DNA of 24,000 nt, from positions 5,721,485 through 5,745,484 of the forward strand of contig AP024096.1 of the NCBI GenBank assembly GCA_015099395.1. The letters are read 5' to 3'. The notes below the pieces were generated by a model. That model was not told the DNA's origin, did not search any database, and was given only the letters and a program-made list of their open reading frames with translations. Every line of letters begins with the position of its first letter. Position 1 is the first letter of the stretch. Shown here piece after piece: positions 9,111 to 17,094 of the stretch. Source of the DNA: Ktedonobacteria bacterium brp13 (lineage in GTDB: Bacteria; Chloroflexota; Ktedonobacteria; Ktedonobacterales; Ktedonobacteraceae). The position numbers and the translations under genes were made by a program.

Positions 9111-9360
9111 GTTTCCATTCTAAACGGGTTCAGCAGGCCATTTAGCCAGACAAAAACAACCCTGTAGGAAGAGGATTTGTAGTTTCAATCCCCAATGGGT
9201 TCAGCAGGCCATTTAGCCACTGGAAATATGGGGTTTTTACATTTGAGCCGTTTCAATCCCTCACGGGTTCTGCTGGCCGTTTAGACAGAGACAACGCCGC
9301 GACGGTATACCACAGGTTGGGAAGTTTCAATCCCTGACGGGTTCTGCAAGCCATTTAGAC
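9111..9360. CRISPR. Short CRISPR-like array, repeat family B (4 repeats, 3 spacers)
   Basis: Consensus GTTTCAATCCCTNACGGGTTCTGCNGGCCATTTAGAC (37 nt; copies at 9111, 9182, 9250, 9324) with 34-, 31- and 37-nt spacers; separated from family A by a 36-nt spacer-like segment. Confidence 0.82.
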
Positions 9361-9553
9361 TGCCACTCTTCTAGAATAACATAGGAAGCTGTTCAATACA
9401 AGTGTTTCCGAACGTCACAAAAAATCCATCATAGCAAGGGAATGTAAGGGGGTGTACGTTTATGAAAAGGGAAAAGAAGCGGTTGAAATTGATGATCGGG
9501 GTATCAGTGATTTTTAGGATTGCTATGGCGCAAAGTGTTTGAAGCAAGACATA

Positions 9554-9585
9554 CGCGTAGTAGCCTCTCAAAATCATCTTCTTAG
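9554..9585. repeat. Dispersed repeat, partial copy 3
   Basis: CGCGTAGTAGCCTCTCAAAATCATCTTCTTAG shares GTAGT-CCTCTCAAAAT with 8574-8617 and 10973-11016. Confidence 0.4.
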
Positions 9586-9638
9586 CCATACTTTGAACTT
9601 TATGGATTCATGAGCGTCTATATCGATAGAGGTGAAAT

Positions 9639-10931
9639 ATGGCAAATCAAGAGCATCTAGACGTCCTTAAGCAAGGAGTAGCGGTTTGGAATAAGTGGCG
9701 CGAGGAACATCCAAACATACAACCTGATTTGAACCAAGCCGTGCTTAATGGTCTTGATTTGAGCAGATATAACTTCAGTAACGTTCAACTTGTAGGAGCA
9801 TTTCTTCATCAAGCAAAACTCATTGAAGCAAATCTCAGCTCCACCACAGGAACCAGCACAGTTTTTAGTGAAGCGGATCTGAGCATGGCAAATTTAAGCT
9901 GTTCCAATTTTAGCAGAGCAAATTTTAGTCGTGCCAATCTTTATCATGTCAATCTTCAATATACCTATCTATTTGGAACCATGCTCAAACAAGCAAACCT
10001 GAATGAAGCAAAATTGGATGAAGCCCTCCTCAGTGAGGCTGACTTGAGTTTTGCCAGTCTTGTCACGGCAACGTTAACGAAAGCAAATCTCACCAGAGCG
10101 AACCTGAGCTATACCTGGCTTACTAACGCCGATCTTAGCAATGCCATTTTGGCCTCAGCTTACTTTGCAAATGCGAACCTTCCAGGCGTGTATCTTTGTC
10201 ATGCAATTCTTGTAGGAGCCAATTTTACTGATGCTGATCTTTACGCGGCTCATCTTGATAATGCAAATCTTGAGAGAGCCATCTTTGTTGGAACAAGGTT
10301 AAAAAAGGCAGACTTAAGCAATTGTTTCATTCATGGTATTTCATCCTGGAATGTTCAGCTTGAGGAAGCCACTCAACGTAATCTTATTATTACTCGGCGC
10401 AATGAGCCCAAGATCACTGTCGATAGCCTTGAAGTTGCTCAGTTTATCTACCTTCTCCTCAATAACCAGAAAATTCGCGATGTTATCAACACGATCACCT
10501 CGAAAGTGGTCTTGATATTGGGTCGCTTTACAGATGAGAGAAAACTAGTTTTAGACGCTCTAAGGGATGAACTGCATAAACATAACTATTCTCCCGTTGT
10601 ATTTGATTTTGATCCATCAGCAAAACGAGATCTGACAGAAACTATCAGTACTCTTGCTCATATGTCCCGTTTCATTATTGCCGATCTTACTGATGCTAAA
10701 AGCCTTCCTCAAGAACTACAAGCTATCGTGCCGAATCTCCCTTCGGTTCCTGTCCAACCTATCTTGCACATAGATGGTCGAGAATACGCTATGTTTGAGC
10801 ACTTCAAGCGCTATTCCTGGGTACTGGAAACCTACCGCTACCAAGATATTCCTACAATGCTTGCATCCCTCAATGAAAACATCATTGAACCAGCAGAAAA
10901 GAAGGCCATAGAGTTAGAAGGTCGAAGATAG
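9639..10931 (+). CDS. Pentapeptide-repeat protein with C-terminal Rossmann/TIR-like domain
   Basis: Many A(N/D)L-type pentapeptides (ANLSCSNFSRANFSRANL...), then VVLILGRFTDERKLVLDALRDELHKHNYSPVVFDFDPSAKRDLTETISTLAHMSRFIIADLTD. Confidence 0.85.
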   Translation: MANQEHLDVLKQGVAVWNKWREEHPNIQPDLNQAVLNGLDLSRYNFSNVQLVGAFLHQAKLIEANLSSTTGTSTVFSEADLSMANLSCSNFSRANFSRANLYHVNLQYTYLFGTMLKQANLNEAKLDEALLSEADLSFASLVTATLTKANLTRANLSYTWLTNADLSNAILASAYFANANLPGVYLCHAILVGANFTDADLYAAHLDNANLERAIFVGTRLKKADLSNCFIHGISSWNVQLEEATQRNLIITRRNEPKITVDSLEVAQFIYLLLNNQKIRDVINTITSKVVLILGRFTDERKLVLDALRDELHKHNYSPVVFDFDPSAKRDLTETISTLAHMSRFIIADLTDAKSLPQELQAIVPNLPSVPVQPILHIDGREYAMFEHFKRYSWVLETYRYQDIPTMLASLNENIIEPAEKKAIELEGRR

Positions 10932-10972
10932 CTGTGTTCAGGATTACTACAGTGCTAGTCGACGTGGTGAGG

Positions 10973-11016
10973 ATCGGCGGGTAGTGACCTCTCAAAATAA
11001 TCCTATTTTCTGAAAC
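10973..11016. repeat. Dispersed ~44-bp repeat, copy 2
   Basis: ATCGGCGGGTAGTGACCTCTCAAAATAATCCTATTTTCTGAAAC, downstream of the pentapeptide gene. Confidence 0.6.
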
Positions 11017-11254
11017 TTGCTCGATAGAATAGGTACTCCTCTATTCAGTTAGGATTTCTAAATTCTTCTGCTGTTAATTTTGCTTGAGATTATATACCTT
11101 CTAACATCTCTAAATCGAGAGAAATAGATCGAAAAGCATTATTCGTTCGGTACTGTTTAGGTATATTTTAAGTAAATCATGTTGCCCCTCTTCCGAATAC
11201 CCTCCTCTTTGTCTCTTCTCATCGCGGACCTAGTGACTTCTCTACTCAATATGC

Positions 11255-12046
11255 TCACTTATTTTTTCGCCTTGTATCGTAAAGGTACAGAGCTACCGCG
11301 GAAACAACGGTAATAGCAGCAATATAAGTAAGTATTGTATCAAGCGGAGAAAGGGTATTAACTTGTGCCCTGCTATTGGTATTGATGGTAAACTCATAAA
11401 CTGATATGGAGATGCCAAGCATTAAAAGAAATGGAATCAAATAAGATATCATTGCACGATTATATTGCTGTTTTAATGCTTTGATTTGCGCATTAGCAAT
11501 TCTTCCCCCAACATAAATACTTTGATCTTCTCCGTCAATCAAGGTAGATATGGAAATTTCATCCTTTGGATTAAAAAGCTTTTTCTGAAGAGTTATTTCT
11601 GATCCCTGCCATTGGACAAAATCTTTCTTGTCTTCTGGTTTAAGAAAAAAGTTTTGTGGATCTGTATTTAGAACTTCTGCGCTTATAATTGTGGCTCCTT
11701 GGATTTGAATTGATAGGGGATCTTCAATATCATCTTTTTTGACTGCGTCATTTCCTGTATTTATAAGCTTAATAACTATGAGCCTGGGGCTATTCATCTC
11801 AGATCCATCCAGAAGGATTTTGATTCTATCTTTCATTTTTTCATTAATGCTAACCAAAGGAGCATTGGAGACAATCTCATAGGAAATTTCTTTCTTTAAT
11901 TTTTGCCGCTTGTAAATCCAAATAGCAACTATAATTGCGGTAACGCCTACCACTACAGCTACTATGATGTTTACTATAAATTGCGTTAATGGGCTTTGAA
12001 AATCCATAATGGCAACATTTCCTTCTGTATCGCTGCTAATATTCAC
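11255..12046 (-). CDS. Membrane protein of unknown function (N-terminal TM, soluble middle, two C-terminal TMs)
   Basis: 263 aa; hydrophobic segments FIVNIIVAVVVGVTAIIVAIWIY, MISYLIPFLLMLGISISVY and ILTYIAAITVVSAVALYLY. Confidence 0.7.
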   Translation of the reverse strand: MNISSDTEGNVAIMDFQSPLTQFIVNIIVAVVVGVTAIIVAIWIYKRQKLKKEISYEIVSNAPLVSINEKMKDRIKILLDGSEMNSPRLIVIKLINTGNDAVKKDDIEDPLSIQIQGATIISAEVLNTDPQNFFLKPEDKKDFVQWQGSEITLQKKLFNPKDEISISTLIDGEDQSIYVGGRIANAQIKALKQQYNRAMISYLIPFLLMLGISISVYEFTINTNSRAQVNTLSPLDTILTYIAAITVVSAVALYLYDTRRKNK

Positions 12047-12284
12047 GTTTATTGATGCAATATTAATTCATATACATAAAAATATCAATACAAAAATAGG
12101 TCCACTTCTACCTTTTCTCTCTACAAGAACCCTCAATGAAACTGCGCCGCAGTCATCAAGTATTTCCGTCAAGCTCCGTAATCACTGTAAGCGGCTCCTC
12201 TACCACTCTTTAGATAGAAAGATCCACCATAACATTTATTTCGCTACCCCACCCCACTATAATTGAAAACATTTTTAGGTTTTT

Positions 12285-12378
12285 AAAACGATTTGACAAA
12301 CGGTTTTTACGTGCATTTTCTGTGTTCTGCTGCCTGTAAAACGATTTTCAAAATTGAAAACGATTTGACAAACGGTTT
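12285..12378. repeat. 22-bp exact direct repeat pair in AT-rich non-coding DNA
   Basis: AAAACGATTTGACAAACGGTTT at 12285-12306 and 12357-12378, plus partial ACAAACGGTTTTTA at about 12388. Confidence 0.8.
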
Positions 12379-12487
12379 GTAAAAATACAAACGGTTTTTA
12401 GGTCTAAACGACTCCTCATGTCGCAAGCATGGGTTGTACAGCTATATTGACAGCAATAAATTACCACATTACATGGAGTCTCTTTTG

Positions 12488-12698
12488 GTTACATCAAAAA
12501 ATGTAACCTTACACGGGTTACATCACTCAGCTCTATCGCTTCATGTAACTTACATCAATCTCCGTGTAACCAGTAATTTTTTCATGTAACATTATATCCT
12601 AGCTTGGTGTAACCTTTCCTGGGTTACATCTACTAACTCGGAGAGTTACATTTAATTACGTGTAACATTACATCTAGGCTCTGTAGGTTACATGTAAC
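12488..12698. repeat. Iteron-like cluster GTTACAT/ATGTAAC (about 13 copies incl. one-base variants), candidate replication origin
   Basis: Copies at 12488, 12501, 12517, 12543, 12564, 12584, 12607, 12623, 12645, 12660, 12687 and 12692, plus CTTACAT/ATTACAT variants; the last two form the palindrome GTTACATGTAAC. Confidence 0.8.
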
Positions 12699-12785
12699 AC
12701 TACAATCTCATTTCTATCGCTTCCCATTTGGATGTGTAAAAAATACGCCATCTGGGTTTGCCAGATGACGCATCATGTTAAGCAC

Positions 12786-13154
12786 TTATCTTGTCCTCAA
12801 GGCATAAGCGTTTCTTTCTATTGCTCTTCTTGCTTTGTATACGGTACGTACTGGATCATTTCGAACCTCGCTAGCTGTGTAGCGGATAACTGTCCAGCCA
12901 CGTGATTCAATGTATCGTTGGCGGCGCTGATCTCGTTGTACTTGTTCTGGTGAGGTGTGATACGCATCTCCGTCAATCTCAATAATTGTGCGGCTTTCTA
13001 GGTGAGCGAAATCGGCGTAGTAGGAGAATTTACCTGAGTGGTGAGGTATTTCATACTGAGGAATGAGAGGGTAGAGGATGTTCTGTTTGTGCCAGAATGA
13101 GAGGAAGCGGGTTTCCTGGTAGGAGGTTTGAGGAATGAAGGCATTTGTGGTCAT
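12786..13154 (-). CDS. DUF559/VSR-like (PD-(D/E)XK fold) endonuclease-domain protein
   Basis: YYADFAHLESRTIIEIDGDAYH...RQRYIESRGWTVIRYTASEV matches the DUF559-type signature. Confidence 0.82.
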   Translation of the reverse strand: MTTNAFIPQTSYQETRFLSFWHKQNILYPLIPQYEIPHHSGKFSYYADFAHLESRTIIEIDGDAYHTSPEQVQRDQRRQRYIESRGWTVIRYTASEVRNDPVRTVYKARRAIERNAYALRTR

Positions 13155-13451
13155 GCTACGAGTCCTTTCTTGGGGAGGTTAAAAAAGAAGTTGAGGGGGT
13201 TGAAGGTGGGTTGATGGGGGGAGGGAGCCTCACCGCTCCACACCCCGGCGATAGAAATGATTGTGTGGGGCTCGTTGGAAACATCCACTCTAATTCCTTA
13301 TTTCTATCGCTTTACTATAATTAATGAATAAAAACAAACAAACGATAAAGAACACATAGGACGGATAGGACACATAAAATCCCAGAAATGAGAAATGAAA
13401 AATCATAATCCCAAAAAGGGGAAATCATGTGTCCTATGCGTTCATCTGTTC

Positions 13452-14897
13452 TTAGAAGGAATTAGTAGATGAGCGATTAGTTGAGACTAATCGTAATCCT
13501 ACGTATCCACGTGTTTGTGTTCCAGGCATCTTGGGTCTTAACTCTACCTGCGGATATCTTTTCTTTATTGCTTGCGAGAAGTGTTTGCCTTTCTTCGGCT
13601 CCACTGCATTCTCTTCACACCAATGTCCGTAAGACCTTATAACGTCGCCGCTTGCCGCCTGGCCTTCCCCATCGATAATGGCGCAATCTTCAATCCATTG
13701 GGAAATGGTATCTAATTCTTTTCGCCTCTCCTGAACGTTTTTCTTAAGACATTCTGGTACGATGAGCCGTCCTTGCTTGTACCACTCGATTGCACCTTCG
13801 ACTGCCCAACGTAATACACCTTGTTTTGCTTCGTAAGTTCTGAGTCGTTCTTTAAGGCTAATGTCTTCCTTATCGAGGTGGCTATTTGGAAACTCTACGG
13901 CAATCAAACGTCCCCAGATAGCGTCATCGTCAACATCTGCATCGACTTCAAAGTTAGATGTAAGGCAGATCTTAAACTTGGGTTTAAATCGAAATTCATC
14001 CTTGCCTTTGTATGCCGCTACCAACTGGTTACCTCCAGTCATGACCTTGACCTTAGCTGCATTGAGCGATTGGTATCTTGCACTTTCAGATGCGAATACC
14101 ATAAGTGCTGGCTTAAGAGACGCGAGGTCAAAGTTATTTGTGTTCTCATCATTCTTTGCGACAAAGGTGTTGATGCTCTTTTCCTGAGCAATAGGATCAG
14201 GGAGTAAACTGTGTAGTGTTTCAGTAAACGTCCCTTTCCCTGAACGGGTTGGGCCATAAATGTAAAGCATCTTCTCTTCTCTGGTATGTCCTGTGAGCAT
14301 GTATCCACACCACATCTTTAGGATTTTTACTCCTCCTACGCTCGAAAGTAGAAATTGTTCCCATTCACGATAGTCGGCATTAGGGTCATACTCTACGTTA
14401 GCTACAAACGTGAATCCTTTATCGGGATTGTGCGGTAGCAGTTCACCTGTTTGTAGATTAATGAGGCCATTAGGTACTGGTAAAAAGTCTATTTCTTTGT
14501 CAAACTCAGTTATCTCTGTCGCTACGTAACTTTCTAGGAGAGACATAACTGCATTGATGTTGCTGGCATCTGCGCTGCATTTCTTTAGCAGTCTGTCATC
14601 GTTAGCTAGCGCTGCTACTGTTTTTCGTTTGCGAAGTGTATCGATTACCAAGTGTTTTACTGCATGTCGATTCGTTTCCCAATATTTGCCATTCCAAATT
14701 ATCCAGCTTTGTTGATCTGTATAGCGAATAAAATCCCCGTATAAGAAAGCTACAGCACGTGCGTTTCCGTCGTTGTCTGGTTCAAACTCTAAGAGTTTTA
14801 TTTGCTGCTCATTCAACTCCAGATCTCGAATATACCGTAGTTTATTATTTGCGAAATCTGATGTGTTGTCGCTGCTCCCGTAAGCAAAATTTTTCAT
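13452..14897 (-). CDS. D5/P4-family phage-plasmid replication helicase (SF3)
   Basis: 481 aa; Walker A GPTRSGKGTF, downstream LMVFASE and KICLTSNFEVDADVDDDAIWGRLIAVEF typical of D5/P4 helicases. Confidence 0.93.
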   Translation of the reverse strand: MKNFAYGSSDNTSDFANNKLRYIRDLELNEQQIKLLEFEPDNDGNARAVAFLYGDFIRYTDQQSWIIWNGKYWETNRHAVKHLVIDTLRKRKTVAALANDDRLLKKCSADASNINAVMSLLESYVATEITEFDKEIDFLPVPNGLINLQTGELLPHNPDKGFTFVANVEYDPNADYREWEQFLLSSVGGVKILKMWCGYMLTGHTREEKMLYIYGPTRSGKGTFTETLHSLLPDPIAQEKSINTFVAKNDENTNNFDLASLKPALMVFASESARYQSLNAAKVKVMTGGNQLVAAYKGKDEFRFKPKFKICLTSNFEVDADVDDDAIWGRLIAVEFPNSHLDKEDISLKERLRTYEAKQGVLRWAVEGAIEWYKQGRLIVPECLKKNVQERRKELDTISQWIEDCAIIDGEGQAASGDVIRSYGHWCEENAVEPKKGKHFSQAIKKRYPQVELRPKMPGTQTRGYVGLRLVSTNRSSTNSF

Positions 14898-14954
14898 ATA
14901 TGTTCTCTCTTTCGTAATTTAAAAATTGGAGATTTCTTCTCTCTGTTACTGGGC

Positions 14955-15170
14955 TTACATGCGTATGCGTCGATTGGTGTCGTTCTGCATGTGGTGGACA
15001 TCTGACATAAGCTTGATAGACAGATCTACTGCACAGTTACTATGGAGGGTGATAGCTCCCACACTGCCAACCCAATGAATTGCAGGATAGCTGATATTGT
15101 GCCCACAGTAGAAGCAGTATTTCTGAACGTTGTGTTGGTATGGGTGATCAATGCCACGGAGATACGCCAT
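14955..15170 (-). CDS. Small cysteine/histidine-containing element protein, unknown function
   Basis: MAYLRGIDHPYQHNVQKYCFYCGHNISYPAIHWVGSVGAITLHSNC...; co-oriented with helicase gene. The ORF track start at 15194 may be upstream of the true start. Confidence 0.5.
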   Translation of the reverse strand: MAYLRGIDHPYQHNVQKYCFYCGHNISYPAIHWVGSVGAITLHSNCAVDLSIKLMSDVHHMQNDTNRRIRM

Positions 15171-15260
15171 GTTATGGTCCTTTCGTGCAAACAAAAAAAG
15201 CCGTTGACAATCGTGTCCAGGCTTCTTGTCAATGTTGCTATTCTATTGTTGTGTTTGCTT

Positions 15261-15428
15261 CTATCGCTGCCGGTATTTAAGAGCAGTTAGTACCGACCGA
15301 AGCACTTCAGGCTCAATGAGTTGATACTGCCCTACCTTTTGCACAGGAATACGTCCTTTCTTATGGTGGAACAGAACAGAGTTATAAGGTACGCCAATTG
15401 TTTTTGCTGCATCTTTCAATGTATGCAT
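15261..15428 (-). CDS. Excisionase/HTH_17-like DNA-binding protein
   Basis: ATG at 15428 with AAAGGA upstream; MHTLKDAAKTIGVPYNSVLFHHKKGRIPVQKVGQYQLIEPEVL is typical of Xis/MerR-like HTH. ORF track start (15506) looks too early. Confidence 0.72.
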   Translation of the reverse strand: MHTLKDAAKTIGVPYNSVLFHHKKGRIPVQKVGQYQLIEPEVLRSVLTALKYRQR

Positions 15429-15564
15429 GACGAGTCCTTTCTTTGTATTGGTGTTGAGGAAACGCAATTTGAGCGGTAGAATTGTTGCTGCTTTGTTAAC
15501 TTCCATAATAAGTATACCAAGATTACCCCCTGTTATAGGACACTTTTTTATGAGTTTTTTCTGT

Positions 15565-15627
15565 ATCCTTCAATGTGTGCATGACGAGTCCTTTCTTTGA
15601 TATGGTTGTTGAATTGAGGAAATTTGT
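15565..15627. pseudogene. Duplicated 5' fragment of the excisionase-like gene
   Basis: CCTTCAATGTGTGCATGACGAGTCCTTTCTTTG closely matches 15412-15471 (RBS, ATG and first codons MHTLKD). Confidence 0.7.
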
Positions 15628-16032
15628 ACAGGAAAATCGTTGTTGTTTATACTACTCAATTAGAGTATATAGGTTTCTAGGTCAGAGTTAGATGAGATAT
15701 GACTTTTGTCTAAAGATCCTATTATTCTTGAATATGTGAAGAATAGAGTAGTATAAACGCCTAATTTAGAGGGTTTTATTGATGACTATTTATAGCTATA
15801 TTGGGATCAAATCGAGCTTGATATAGTAGGTGGATACTCAAAAAAGGTTTTTCTATGTGGGTGGGTACATATTCATAAACTTCTCCTGAGATTGGTACGC
15901 CTATTGCAATAGCACAACTGATGAATAGCTGTCTACTCTCTCATTGAGCCCTATGTGAAGATAGCGATTGAGGAACAAAGCCGAAGAAACATGTGGAGTG
16001 CTAGAGGCTCCTGGTCTCCTCGGCTTTCGTGT

Positions 16033-16275
16033 TTAGTATGCTCGCTCTGTATATACTTTGATATCTGACAAATGAAGATTTGAGCCAACGAGACGTGAAA
16101 ATGCCTGAAGCACTTTGATAGCTGTCGCACGCTGTACAAAACCACCAATCTCAACTGCATAGGTTACAGAAAGTGGTAGGTTGGCTGCTCTAGCAAGATC
16201 AGAAGAACTGATAGGATGCTTTTTATCGTAATTATATTCACGCCGTAGTTGCAGTAGTGTTGGTTTCCTTTCCAT
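16033..16275 (-). CDS. Small HTH (XRE-like) protein, 80 aa
   Basis: ATG at 16275 with AAGGAG upstream; MERKPTLLQLRREYNYDKKHPISSSDLARAANLPLSVTYAVEIGGFV... Confidence 0.65.
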   Translation of the reverse strand: MERKPTLLQLRREYNYDKKHPISSSDLARAANLPLSVTYAVEIGGFVQRATAIKVLQAFSRLVGSNLHLSDIKVYTERAY

Positions 16276-16306
16276 TGATGTACTCCTTAATAATGCTTTT
16301 AGCTTT

Positions 16307-16768
16307 TTATTGATCGGCTTTGACGTGTCCAGGGATCGAAATGTCACCAATCATAAGCCCTTCAGGACACGGTGTGAAGTAGTGATGTGGTAAATGTGGG
16401 CGATGCTCTAACCACGCGTGTGCTAACGCTGTGGCGTGCTTCTGGTCACGTGCATAGACAAAGTTGAACTCATCAAGTAGTTGGCTCTCTTTGACCTGCG
16501 GCTCTTCGGAACTTGCTCGCACAATCCAGAGGAACAGGTAGTCTTCCCATGTCACGATATCGACCTGATCAAACGAGAGTTGGAGGCCGATGTATTGCGA
16601 TAGGGCTGCTAGGATTTTATCTGCATCCACTTTATAGGCCGGTTTTTGCAGGAGAGTATGATAGACCGTCCGTGTACTGACTCCCGCTTGTGCTGCCAGT
16701 GTTGGGATATCAAAATGATACAGCGTTCTTATCTGTTCAAGCGTTAGCTTTTTATTTCTCTCGCACAT
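16307..16768 (-). CDS. HTH-domain protein of unknown function
   Basis: MCERNKKLTLEQIRTLYHFDIPTLAAQAGVSTRTVYHTLLQKPAYKVDADKILAAL; start could be 16810. Confidence 0.65.
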   Translation of the reverse strand: MCERNKKLTLEQIRTLYHFDIPTLAAQAGVSTRTVYHTLLQKPAYKVDADKILAALSQYIGLQLSFDQVDIVTWEDYLFLWIVRASSEEPQVKESQLLDEFNFVYARDQKHATALAHAWLEHRPHLPHHYFTPCPEGLMIGDISIPGHVKADQ

Positions 16769-16775
16769 AGGTTGG

Positions 16776-17024
16776 CTATCCCATCGTTTGAATATATGTC
16801 TCGACCGCAATCATGGCTGCTTCCTGTTCACCTACAATAGCCGCTAGCTGCTCCTGTATGCCCCCGATGCTGTCGTACTGATGCTGAATAATGTCGTGGG
16901 AGGCCGTAACTCGAAATCCTTCCATCGCTTGCTTCATCGCCTCACATTCCAGTTCTATCTGTCGCCTCAACAATGCAACTTCACTCAAGAGATTCTCCTT
17001 TCTCATTCGGAAATCACCATTCAA
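16776..17024 (-). CDS. Small coiled-coil-like protein, first gene of the leftward operon
   Basis: 82 aa, helix-rich LLSEVALLRRQIELECEAMKQAME; stop lies just upstream of the next ORF's start. Confidence 0.5.
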   Translation of the reverse strand: MNGDFRMRKENLLSEVALLRRQIELECEAMKQAMEGFRVTASHDIIQHQYDSIGGIQEQLAAIVGEQEAAMIAVETYIQTMG

Positions 17025-17094
17025 ATGGCACTATTTAGAAGTTACCATTACAGACACTCTATTGTCAAGCATGAGGTCGGTGTATCCTAAAACC

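Noticed and set aside
8661-9167. 168-aa ORF with repeated FQYPQ(A/T)DRSLCN peptides
   Set aside because: It runs straight through the CRISPR-like array; the peptide repeats are simply the translated family A DNA repeats, and segments between them are unrelated.
12285-12378. AAAACGATTTGACAAACGGTTT pair as a CRISPR array
   Set aside because: Only two full copies at a 72-bp period with related sequence in between; better explained as origin-associated repeats.
13821-14308. ORFs overlapping the D5 helicase on both strands
   Set aside because: Shadow frames of a clear helicase gene, no own features.
12533-15270. Recurring TTTCTATCGC(T) decamer-like motif (about 12709, 13249 reverse, 13300, 15260 variant)
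   Set aside because: Short and partly imperfect; could be chance in AT-rich intergenic DNA, and I cannot compute significance by eye.
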